A stretch of DNA of 64,000 nucleotides, taken from Vairimorpha necatrix. Its lineage: Eukaryota. Below, piece by piece: positions 20,663 through 31,544 of this stretch. Position 1 is the first letter of the stretch, and each line of letters opens with the position of its first letter. The stretch lies in NCBI GenBank assembly GCA_036630325.1, contig CP142735.1, positions 62,001 to 126,000 on the forward strand. The letters run 5' to 3'. A model generated the notes under the pieces. That model saw only the letters and a list, made by a program, of their open reading frames with translations. It made no database searches and was not told the DNA's origin. The position numbers were made by a program, and so were the translations under genes.

Positions 20663-22960
20663 GGTGTCCGGAGAATTTACCGACCATAATCACCGACAGC
20701 AATTCACCAAAAATCAATTCACCGACCAACAAATTCACCGACAACAAATTCACCGAAAAATTGAAATATGTATTTTTATGGGTATATTTATGATTTACAT
20801 ATTTAATTTAATTTTTTTTTGTATGGATCATAAATATTGTGCAATATAGCATTTGAATATTACTATATTTATATCACTAAATAAATTAAAAAATAGAAAA
20901 AGTATCAAAATGTTCATAAACATAAAAAACTAATTAAAAATAATAGAAAACATAAAAATCTAATAATTTATTATTAAAATGTCAGATTATGGGCAATGGC
21001 ACGAATATATTTTATAATATTTTCTCGATTAAAATTGGACACTATATTTAGAAGTCTCGTTCTACAATCGCGATATTTTTTTTTAGACGTAGGAGCATTA
21101 AAACCAGACAAAAATTGTTCTATTCGAACTTCATTTAGAGATTGTTCCTTTTTTAAGCAATTGATAAACTTCCAAATATTCAGGTGAGTACCACCAGCTT
21201 GCGACTCGAACCCACGATGCCAACCTTCGACCGAGTTGTTAGTCCTCGGTAGACCATCTATTGTTCTGGAGTACATATTCCATATCTCTGATGCAAATTT
21301 CGGGGCTCGACGCTGTCTTCGGCTTGAGCGGCCAATCTAAGTATCTTCAAAATAATCTAAGACGGGCAGAGCTTGTATGGGCAGTATTCTGTCAGACAAT
21401 TCTTCAAAAACTTCAACAACAAAATTGGAAGGTACAAATGCTATGGCGGCCAGCGATCTTATTTGCAGTGCAAATTCTGGATCTGTATTGTACAGTAGTT
21501 TGAGTCCATGATTTTGAACGGCTCGAAAAATGCACATTGAGAAATGAAAAAAGCATCCTTTTACACTTGCACCAGGAAACTGTACTGAAATAGCATTCAT
21601 CATGGCTTTTTCAAAATCTACAGTTATGGATTGCGGATTTAATGATGGTTCCAACTCTTATAAAGTGCAAAGAAATTTAGAATACGTTTGCTCTAATTTA
21701 TTTGGCAATAAAGCGAAGACCAAGGGAATAGAAGCACTTTGTTTTAGCCCGTGAATTGTGTACAGTTGATGAAATAATAATGGTACGGTTTTAAAGGTGC
21801 CATCTGCGTACCAGTGTTGACTATCTGCCAAAAGCCGTAAATTGTGAGTCGTCGAAAAAATTAAAATTCTGTTTTCATCTGGTCCAGAATCATATAGCAA
21901 AAAGGGTTCCCCTCTTGTAGTTTTTTTGAATTCGTCTGTGAATGTAATTTCTTGCCGCGAATTTGGGAGTGCGGGGCTAGTTTCTGCAATTTGTCGAATA
22001 TACCAAACGCTACGCTTCATATTGTCAATCGATGGCAATTTTGGAGCTGCAGCATGGTCCATAGAGATAAACAATCTGATATAATAGATTGTGGCTCTTC
22101 TCTAGAGCTTTTTGCCAAGGCTCGAACATTAGCATATATTTTATCGGCTTTGACTTTAGCAGCATCTCCCGAATGGTTGTGTTCGCCAAACACTTTAATT
22201 TCCCCATTAGACATTGTAATCACTCTACACTTGCACTTGTACTTTTGATAGTATTCACATTTCCAATATATTTTGGATAGTTCCCAAACATCTTTTTCCT
22301 TAAAGAAAAGATGACCTTCTAAAATTAATTTTTTCTTCCCCTTTTCTGAGAGTAAATATTCGATCTGCATTATTGAAATTAGGGGTTCAGAATTAAAATG
22401 TTAAAATATTTAAAAAGAGTTGTGCCATTTTAAGTAAAGTATAGACCTTTCTTCGCAAACCTGCGCCTTACTAATTGTGCCTAGGATACCTTCATTTCAC
22501 TTTGGTATCGAATTGGATGAGACTTTATTACAATATGTCTAGATAGAACATTACACCCCAATGCAATGTAAAAACATTAATGTTACAAGTATACTAGTAC
22601 ATTATATGTCATAATTTTGAGGAATTGTTGTCGCGTCGTTTCATAATCTTTCTTTTCAGATTAATTAATAATGAACATTTTGATACTTTTTCTATTTTTT
22701 AATTTATTTAGTGATATAAATATAGTAATATTCAAATGCTATATTGCACAATATTTATGATCCATACAAAAAAAAATTTAAATTAAATATGTATATCATA
22801 AATATACCCATAAAAAATACATATTTCAATTTTTCGGTGAATTTGTTGTCGGTGAATTTGTTTTCGGTGAATTTGTTGTCGGTGAATTTGTTGTCGGTGA
22901 ATTTGTTGTCGGTAAATTTGTTGGTCGGTGAATTGATGGTCGGTGAATTTTCCTAGAACC
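20663..22960 (-). mobile_element. Mutator-like (MULE) DNA transposon, 2,298 bp, inserted just after the host gag zinc knuckle
   Basis: 9-bp TSD GATTTAATG (20654-20662 / 22961-22969). ~250-290-bp TIRs with 15-bp subterminal repeats (AAATTCACCGACAAC). Removing it restores CRFNGLRKNVR (the other copy reads CKFNSFHKNVR). Confidence 0.95.
20974..22370 (-). pseudogene. FLYWCH-MULE transposase, one frameshift and two nonsense codons
   Basis: FLYWCH motif: GHLF..IYWKC..CKCR..HNH. MULE motifs: WYADGTFK, VDFEKAM, GCFFHF, RTNNSVEGWH. Stops at 21658 and 21337 are in one frame; the frame shifts near 22070. Confidence 0.9.
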
Positions 22961-25900
22961 GATTTAATGGTCTCCGGAAGAATGTAAGAGAAATAGAGAA
23001 AGTGGAAGTAGATAAAGAATGTGATTCCAATAAAATTATTTTTAACTATTTCCTTTCAAGATTTAATGACACTAGAGTAACACTTAAGGCCGCATCATTG
23101 AATAATTCTGAAGCAAAATTTAAAGTACTGATCGATACAGGAGCAGATTTAAATCTGATTAGACCAGAATTGTTACTAAATAAAACTATTGTTAGTCCGT
23201 CAAAACAACAACTTAGAGCAGCGAACGGGTCAAAGATAAAAATTATTGGGGAAACGGTAGCTAAGATTAAAATAGAAGGGATGATTTTTGAAGATAATTT
23301 TATTATTACAAGAGATATTACAATTCCATGCATCATTTGACATGCGTTACTGGATAAATACAAAATAAATTTAAGATCTGGGGATAATAGAATGGAACTT
23401 GAATCTGGGTTAATGGCAAAGGGTAAAGCCATAGGTTACTACAAGATCATCACCAAAGAGGATAAACCAATACTTACACAGTTATACAAGTTAGGTGGCG
23501 CAAAAGAGGACATAGCCTCTAAAATAGTAAAAGAATACCTGAGCTTGGGAATCATAAGACCAAGTGAAAGTGCATGGAGAAGTCCAATTATTATTGTTCC
23601 AAAAAAGAATGGCTCACATGTTATGTGTGGACTATAGAAGGCTGAATGATGCGACGATTAAAGACGCGTACCCAATGCCAAATGTAGAAGAATTTATAAA
23701 TGCATTAGAAGGTGCTAGTTACTTTACAAAATTGAATGTAGAATTGGGATATCATCAAATTGATATGGCGCCTTGTGATATAGAAAAGACAGCCCTCGCC
23801 TGTAGAGAAGGATTATTTGAATTTACTTTAATGCCATTTGGGCTTGTCAATGGACCAGCTACATTTCAACGTGTCATGAATAATATCTTAAAAGAATTCT
23901 TATTTGAATTTGTTGTAGTATATATGGATGATATACTAATTTATAGTAAATCGGAAGAAGACCATAAGAGAGATGTTAAAAGAGTATTAGAAAGCTTAAA
24001 TTCTTAGGACTTAGGTTGGATAAAGAGAAGTGCGAATTTAATAAGACTCACTTAAAAATTTTAGGTCATGTAATATCTAAGGAGGGAATAAGTGTGGATG
24101 TAGAAAGAGTTAAAAGCATTCAAGAATTACCAGTTCCTAAAAGTAAGAAGAAATTACAATCTTTATTGGGGCTATACAACTATTGCTCCAAATTTATTAA
24201 AAACAGTCACAAAGTGGTTAGTCCACTTTTTGATATAATAAGACTCAAGAATGAGGAAGCGGATAACTTCTGGAAAAATTCAGAGAATGATAAAAAATAC
24301 TGCGAGGCAATAGAAGAGGGAAAACAGGCAATGAAGAGAACGGCCTTATTGACGATACCAAATTTAATAGAAAAATTTATTTTGACCACAGATGCATCGA
24401 ATGAGGGATGCGGGGCCACATTGGCACAAATGTGTGACGGGAAAGAAAAGATTATTTCTTATTACGGCTCTTTACACTCCAAGACAGAAAAAAACTATTC
24501 TACTACTGAGCAAGAATTGCTAGCAGTTATAAAGTCGATTCAATACTTCAGAGAATATTTATTATTAGGGAAATTTACACTAAAAACGGATCATCAGGCT
24601 TTGAAATACTTGTTTAAGTCTAGAAATGTAAAAGCTAGGTTGGCTAGATGGTCATTACTACTACAAGAATATGATTTCGATATTGAATATATTATAGGAC
24701 CATCAAACTATACGGATCACCTGAGCAGAGAATTTAAAAAACCAGAGGAGAACGTTTTTGAAATAAATTTAATCCAAAAGAAAATAGTTAAAAAAGAAAG
24801 GACAATAGTGCTTTTGAAGTTTTATCATGATTTATTAGGGCATGGATCAAAACAGAATATGAAATATAATATTGGGCGAAAATTTACTTGGAAGAATATG
24901 AGTAGAGACATAGAAAATTACGTAGAAAATTGTGAAATATGTCAAAAAGAAAAACCACAGAGGAAATTTAGTGACATTGTACCCTTAGTAACGAAGACAA
25001 TAGGCGAAATTTGGGAAGTAGACATAGTAGGACCTTTGAGAGAAAGCGAGCAAGGATATAGATTCTTATTGACAATGATTGACCACTTTTCGAAAGTTGC
25101 AGAGGTGGTGCCGATTTATACCAAAGACATGAACACGGTCATTTATTTGGTAGATAAACATATAGTCAGGAAGTATGGTATTCCAAAAGCCATTTTATCT
25201 GATAATGGTAAAGAATTCAAAAATAATATCTGTGAGGAATATGCGAAGACCAAAAAATTTATCTGAAAATATGGTTCTACTTATAAACCTACAACCACGG
25301 GGCTTGTTGAGAGGTTTAACAGGACAATAGCCATAAAATTAAGGAAGGTTACAGAATTTGGGAAATTTGATTGGGCAAAATAATTAAAGCAGTCAGAGCC
25401 TATATGCAATCATATCATAGGGCTATAGGGTGTACACCAATAGAACTCTTAACAGGAATAGTTCCAAATAAGTTAGATATACAGGAAGGAATGCATTTAA
25501 CAAAAGATAAGAAAGAGTTTCAGATGCAAGCTACCAAGAACTTATAAGTTTACAGACGAGAATACGACACGAGTAATTAAACTAATTTCGGGGATAAGGA
25601 TGCCATTAAGGTGGGAGATAGAGTTTGGTATTATTTAATTCTACCGTTCAGAGGAAAACTTGAGCCAAAATGGGAAGAAAAAGGAACGGTTGTAGACCTG
25701 CGATTTAATTCATTAAAAGTGTTACTAGATAATAAAAAAAGTTATGGCAAGTAAAATCACGTTAAGGTTTTAAAGGTAGGGTAGTGTAGGAAGTGTAACA
25801 CATGTTAAATATGGCAATGTTGGCGCTACTTAAAAATTCGCACCCCCTAAAAAATACGTTCACTGAAAAAAATTATTTGGTATAAAATGAGATAAAATTA

Positions 25901-26952
25901 AATTTTAAAGGATTTTTTTTCCGGGGGTGCGAATTTTTAAGTAATGGTATTTTGAACGTGAAATTTTTTTTATTGTATCTATCCCTTATAATGAACAGGA
26001 TGATGGACGAAATGCTTCGATTCAATCCATACAATCCTATTTTCACTGATTATAACAGGATAATCGACTACGGATTGAAGAACAACTTGTTTTATTCTTG
26101 TATTCCCTGTACTAATGATCAGTGCAAAGGAATTGTGTTTATTCAAAACATATCTTTGTTTTCTCAAGGAAAGGGGTACAAATGTAGCAAAAAAATTTGC
26201 AACGAAGATGTTCATTAAATAAAGTTCTAAATTTGAATCTTTAGATTTTGAATTTAAAAAAATTCTTCGTTGCATTTATTGTTGGTGTTTGTCATATACT
26301 AATTTTCAGGCCATCGACATGTGTGAAACTTCTGAACCAACATATATTTCTGTAAAAGAAATAATAATGGAAACAATTTCCAAGTCTTCTAAGTTGTTAC
26401 AACGATAGGTGGAGTTGGTCAGAGGATACAAATAGACGAAACAGCTATTTGTAATGGAATTATAGTATCGAATCCGTCTAGTCGATTGGATTCTGAACCT
26501 GGAATTCAGTGGATAATAGGAGGTGTATTGGAAGGAAATTGTAGAGAGTTTTTTGTGTAACTAATACCCAATAGAAAATGGGAAACGATTTTACTAATAT
26601 TAAAAAAATATGTAAAAGTAAGCACTGATATAGTAACTGATGGTTATCCATCCTATCCACGTGCTATAAGTAAATTTGGTTCTCACCATAGTGTGGTAAA
26701 TCACTTTTTGTGATTTTGTAATGAGGAAGGACAAAATACAAATTATGTAGAAAATATGTGGTCGCATCTTAAGCATGATTATAGAAATCGTGGAGGAATT
26801 AATAAAATAAGAATTAAATGTTGGTTAGATGAGTTTAAATGGAAAAAAGAAAATATAGAATATTCAAAACCATTTACAATCAAATTAGCCTTCGTAAAAA
26901 TATTTGATATTTTTTCTATGTTAAAGTAATTAAATTTTTGAACTAAATAATA

Positions 26953-28065
26953 GGTGCATCTTTAGTAACGTGCCGGAAGGTAACACCCCCCCCCTTACAG
27001 ACAAAAATTTAACAAAATTTTGAAAAAAAATAAGAAAACGATATAAAAATGCTTATTTGATTCAGTAGTTTAGATAAAAGATCAACAAAACCCTTATAGA
27101 AGTCTCCCATATCATCTTCTCGAAGCATAAATTTCCTATACATAAATTCATCGAGCCATGTATCTATCTCCGACCGTTTTACTCCATGTTCTTTGGTCAT
27201 TTCAGACTTAAGTTGAGACCATACGTTCTCAATATTATTTGTATGAATAACATCAGGAGATAAAAAACCTATAGAAAGACTAACAACTTGATAACTTAGA
27301 CATAAATTTTCTGCCACCCCGGAATAACTAGGATGACCATCGCTATGTAAAACCGAACCTACACAAATTCTTCCCTCTAGAGCAGCAGTAAGGCACTCAA
27401 TGGTTCTATTCTCTACCCTCGTAATGTAGAAGTTTGAAGGATTTTGAGCATCTATTATGCCCAAAATCCAAAAGTGTCCCTTATAAAGTCGTCCGAAGAG
27501 GTAGGAGATCTTATTTTACCCCTTCTGCATATAACAGACTCATCTACTTGAACGACTTGCCCGGGTCCTCCGATTATAATTCTATTCTTTAGCAAATCTT
27601 TATAGATCTTTCTGAGGCTGCTTTTTACGGCAGAGATTGTAGCTGTTGAAACGCCCAATCTTGCCATCAACTGAAAGTAAGAATATCTGCATAATATTCC
27701 AAATACAAGGTCACAGAATGTATGAAGAGGAACCTTGCAGCCTTTATTCACAGCCAACCGCGCACTGCATTTGTAGTTCGAACAGCGATATGCTACTCTT
27801 GTAACGATTTCTTCCTTGACAGGACCCAATCTCATGTTACATCCACATTTGGAACATGATTTTTGCTCCTTCAGCACTTCTAAGTCAATTAAAGCTTCTA
27901 AACAAGTGTCAACGTTATAAAAAAGCCTTTGTATATTCACAAGTTTAATTTTTGTGCTTTTCTTTAGTAACGTGCCGGAGTTTTCTAAATCGATGTTGTC
28001 CATTTTAGGGGTAAAAAAATATTTTTTAAAAAAACAAAATCCCGGCACGTTACTAAAGATGCACC
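26953..28065 (-). mobile_element. Merlin DNA transposon (family M3), 1,113 bp, nested in M2
   Basis: 24-bp TIR GGTGCATCTTTAGTAACGTGCCGG. 8-bp TSD AAATAATA (26945-26952 / 28066-28073). Confidence 0.95.
27009..28003 (-). pseudogene. Merlin M3 transposase, frameshift near 27460-27480
   Basis: ATG at 28003 after CCCCTAAA. Motifs: CSKC..YRCSNYKC; IIGGPGQVVQVDES; LHSDGHPSY; HTNNIENVWSQLK. Confidence 0.9.
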
Positions 28066-28279
28066 AAATAATATGTTATAACTGTTTTTTTAAATATTTT
28101 AACTTTTGTAAATTCATATTTTCATAAAAATATTGTTTTAAATATAATTTTAAGGGTTAAAAATATTATTTTATATAAATTTAATTGGTCATTGTAATTT
28201 TTTTAGGGGGTGCGAATTTTTAAGTAGCGCCGCAATGTTTATTTTGAGATATTTGACATGTTGTTCTTTAAATATTTTA

Positions 28280-31200
28280 TGTTAACCATTTATTTATTAA
28301 GGGTTCTAAACCCTACATCCCCCCTCCAGACGGGTAGTCTCTCCATCTTCTAAACAACTCTTCCTTATCTCTTTCAAATCATAATGCCTCTTTTTAACAA
28401 TTTTACCATCCAGTAGTCTCACAATATATGAATCATTTTCACTTATAGCTACGATCCTTCCGCGACCCGTGAATCTTCCCTTGTCTGTTTTCGCACGTGT
28501 ACCTAAATTTTCTCTCCTAGCGATTCTTACCTCTTGGCCTACTGTAAATGTCTCTCTGTGTCTTCTCTTGAACCGACCAGCATATTTTCCATTTTCATCA
28601 TTTTCAATTATAACTTCAGCAGTTTGATCTCTCCACGCTTCCATCGGCGTACATTTTATTGCTGTATGTAGTGTATTATTATATCCTTTGATTGCTCTTT
28701 CTATCTTTTCAGAAATATTCCCATCATTTTGCTTTACCAATGTCTCTCTTATAGTTCTGATGCATCTCTCGATTCTACCATTACTCCTATGAGCTTCTAA
28801 GCCCACTTTCCTATGTTTAATATCATTAATACTACACCATTCTTTAAATCTATTACTTACAAACTCTTTTCCGTTGTCTGTCACATATTCCTCTGGAAAT
28901 CCATCTTCCCTTATCCACTTTTGTAATACCTCTATAACTTCACTACTCTCTTTACATCTCAAATTCGAACCCCACAACCTTCTAGTAAAGTAATCAATAC
29001 CCAGTAACACATACCTATTCTCTCCACCTATGTCCATTAAATCCAACGCCACTTTCTCCAATTTCTTTCTAGTTACTACGAAATCACATCCTCCTGTGTT
29101 TTTCCTATTGTTAATCCCACATATTTCACAATTCTTAATTACCTTATTAATATGATCTTTCATACCAGGCCAATACCATCTTTGTTTAATGTTATAATAA
29201 GTGCCTTTGACACCTCTATGGTTTAACTCCTCATGTACTCTTGTTATTTCATGTTCTCTACTATCTAGGCTCAATATCTCTTTCACCTCACCTGTGGAAA
29301 ATTCCCAATACTGTTTACCGTCCTTTTCTTTAATATGTTTCTGCTTTTTTCCCAAAATTTGTATTTCGATCACTTCTTTTCTCTTGTTGTCCTTTTCTTT
29401 TTGTTCATCCGAAACTTCTACCTGATCATACTGCCTGCTTAACGCATCTGCATCTGTCATCAACTCCCCTTTCACATACTCTATTGTAAAGTCAAACTCT
29501 TGTATCTGTTCTACCCATCTGTTTATTCTGTTATTATTGAAGTATGGCTTATTTCTGATCTCTGCTAATGCTTTATGATCCGTCATCAAATGAAATTTCC
29601 TTCCTCTCAAATCACTTTCAAACTTCTTTATTCCAAAAAACACCGCCAACATCTCCTTCTCACTTATCGTATATCTTCGCTCGGTAGGAGTCAACATTTT
29701 CGATGCCCATTGTATCGGAATCCACTCACCCTCTTTATTTTCTTGTAATAGAATTGCTCCGATCCCCGTATCACACGCATCAGTTCTTACTCTAAATAGC
29801 TTTTTTCCGTCCGGAATCTTCAACTTTTTCATATCTCTCAAGCCTTGCTTCATATCCTCAAAAGCTCTTTCCATATCCTCCGTCCAATTCCACTTAACAT
29901 CTTTCTTTAAAGCCTCAGTAAGCCTTACTGTTCTATACGCATAGTTGGGAATAAAGTCTCTAAACCAACCAGTTAGTCCTAAAAATCTTCTTAATTCTCT
30001 AACATTTTCAGGTTTTCTATATTCCAATGTCTCCTGCTTTTTAATCTCATTCGGTCTCATTCCTCCCCATTAATTGTTACTCCCAGCAACATCACCTCAT
30101 CTTTTTTGTATTGTATCTTTGTTTGGTTTATTCTCAACCCACACTCTTTAAACTTTTTAATTACCCTCTCTAGTAACTCGTCATGCACTCTTACGTCTTT
30201 ACCATGAATAACTATATCATCCATATATACTTCCACGCCTTTACCTCTGAATTCATCTAAAACTCTGTTCATTACTCTCTGCATTATATGAGGCGAATTC
30301 TTAAACCCCATAACCATACTATTCCATTCGTATACTCGACCATTCACTTCAAATGCTGTTTTGTGCTTATGGTGCTCCTCAATCTCAATATGATAAAACC
30401 CTTCTTTTAAGTCGATAACCGTAAATACTTTTGACCCCTGTGTGGCTCTCATAATATCCTTAATTAACGGTAGTGAGTACGGGTCCTTGTCAACCAAATC
30501 GTTTAACGCCATCAAATTGCTTACCAATCTTACGTCCCCATTTGGTTTTTCAAGTGCTCTTATTGGACTCCTCCACTCACTTTTGGAACGTCTTATAACC
30601 CCTCTATTTTCCAACTTATTCAAGTACTCCTCAAATTTCACCCTAAGGTAGTATGGCACATTCTGCCCTCTTTTCACAACCTTTTCACCTTGCTTAGTAT
30701 TTATTGGACACTTCTCTCCTGTGAGATATTTTATCTTTTCTTCTGATTCTTTAAAAACTTCCGGATACTTTTCAATTAAATTTTCTAACTTATTTACTGT
30801 TTTACATCTTTTCCCTTCATTGTTGATAATTGGTTCTTTCTGTAAAACTTGTTCCTTTTTAATTTTATATTTTTCCCTACCAGCTACACTTTCATGACAT
30901 TCTCTAGCGTAATGCCCTTCTTTCTTACATATAAAACATTTTGTAGTTTCTCTGATTTCTCTTCTTTTCCTATACATCCTAAGATTTTCTTTTCTTTCTT
31001 CCCTAAACTCTTTCAACACTTTATCCATAATCTCTTTAATCATTTCTTGTCTTTCTTCTGACTCTCTCTCAAATTCTGCTCCTTTTTGTAAGCCTTTATA
31101 AATTTCCTCCCAACTGCTCCTTCCGTCACAAAAATTTTCAAAAATATAATCCTGCAAGTTCGCAGATGCCAAATCCATAACATCTTTCCACTCAACTTTC

Positions 31201-31353
31201 TCAACTTTCAATATTAACTTTAGTCTCTTATCTATCCTAATTGCCTCTTTCTCTAATGTTCTAGCCTCTTGACTACGGGACTCTCTTGTTTCCCTGTTCA
31301 TCCTTGTGTTCGCCATGTTAACCATTTATTTATTAAGGGTTCTAAACCCTACA
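28280..31353 (-). mobile_element. Miniature Ty3/Gypsy (family 3), 3,074 bp, 38-bp LTRs, no protease
   Basis: Identical direct repeats TGTTAACCATTTATTTATTAAGGGTTCTAAACCCTACA at 28280-28317 and 31316-31353. 5-bp TSD TTTTA (28275-28279 / 31354-31358). PBS TGGCGAAC abuts the 5' LTR and PPT GGAGGGGGGA abuts the 3' LTR. Confidence 0.95.
28306..31325 (-). CDS. gag(CCHC)-RT-RNaseH-integrase polyprotein, single 1-nt frameshift at ~30060
   Basis: ORF 30057-31325 has CFICKKEGHYAREC and YMDD. ORF 28306-30060 has TDAC..EKE..TDH, HEELNH..CEIC and ALDLMD..TDNGKEF..NGRIER. One extra G in GGGGAGGA gives a continuous INGEGMRPNE. Confidence 0.88.
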
Positions 31354-31497
31354 TTTTATAATAAATAAACCCATGTTTTCATCCCAACAATTAGAATCAT
31401 TTGATATGATTTATATACATTTAAAAAAAAATATATCTATATTATTATTCTTACTCGGTTATGTAACCCCTAAATATCTTGCCATGTTTTTGTATAG

Positions 31498-31544
31498 AGA
31501 TCCACCCATAGAAAAGACCGTAGATCTCTTCTATGGGTGGATCT
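31498..31544. repeat. Inverted repeat AGATCCACCCATAGAA / TTCTATGGGTGGATCT
   Basis: 16-bp perfect arms, ~15-nt spacer. A partial copy (GTGGATCTCTTCTA) lies near 31751. Confidence 0.85.

Larger units (their letters stand above)
25822..28231 (+). mobile_element. Merlin DNA transposon (family M2), decayed transposase at ~25991-26929, inserted in the family-2 3' LTR
   Basis: TIR GGCGCTACTTAAAAATTCGCACCCCCTAAAAAA at both ends. 8-bp TSD GCAATGTT (25814-25821 / 28232-28239). Motifs IGGVGQRIQIDET, WIIGGV, IVTDGYPSY, SVVNH and VENMWSHLK across frames. Confidence 0.93.
19912..31389 (+). mobile_element. Decayed Ty3/Gypsy (family 2) hosting four nested insertions
   Basis: 5' LTR 19912-20019 (TG..CA), PBS TGGCG at 20023. 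gag-pol fragments at 20003-25784 (CFICG, LIDTGA, YMDD, TTDAS, SDNGKEF). PPT AAAGGTAGGGTAG. The 3' LTR is split into 25785-25821, 28232-28279 and 31354-31389. Homologous to 51978-55675. Confidence 0.92.

Noticed and set aside
22835-22950. Regular short repeats that could be mistaken for a CRISPR array
   Set aside because: The 15-bp units are contiguous with no unique spacers, are mirrored at 20675-20760 as MULE TIR sub-repeats, and the context is eukaryotic with no cas genes.
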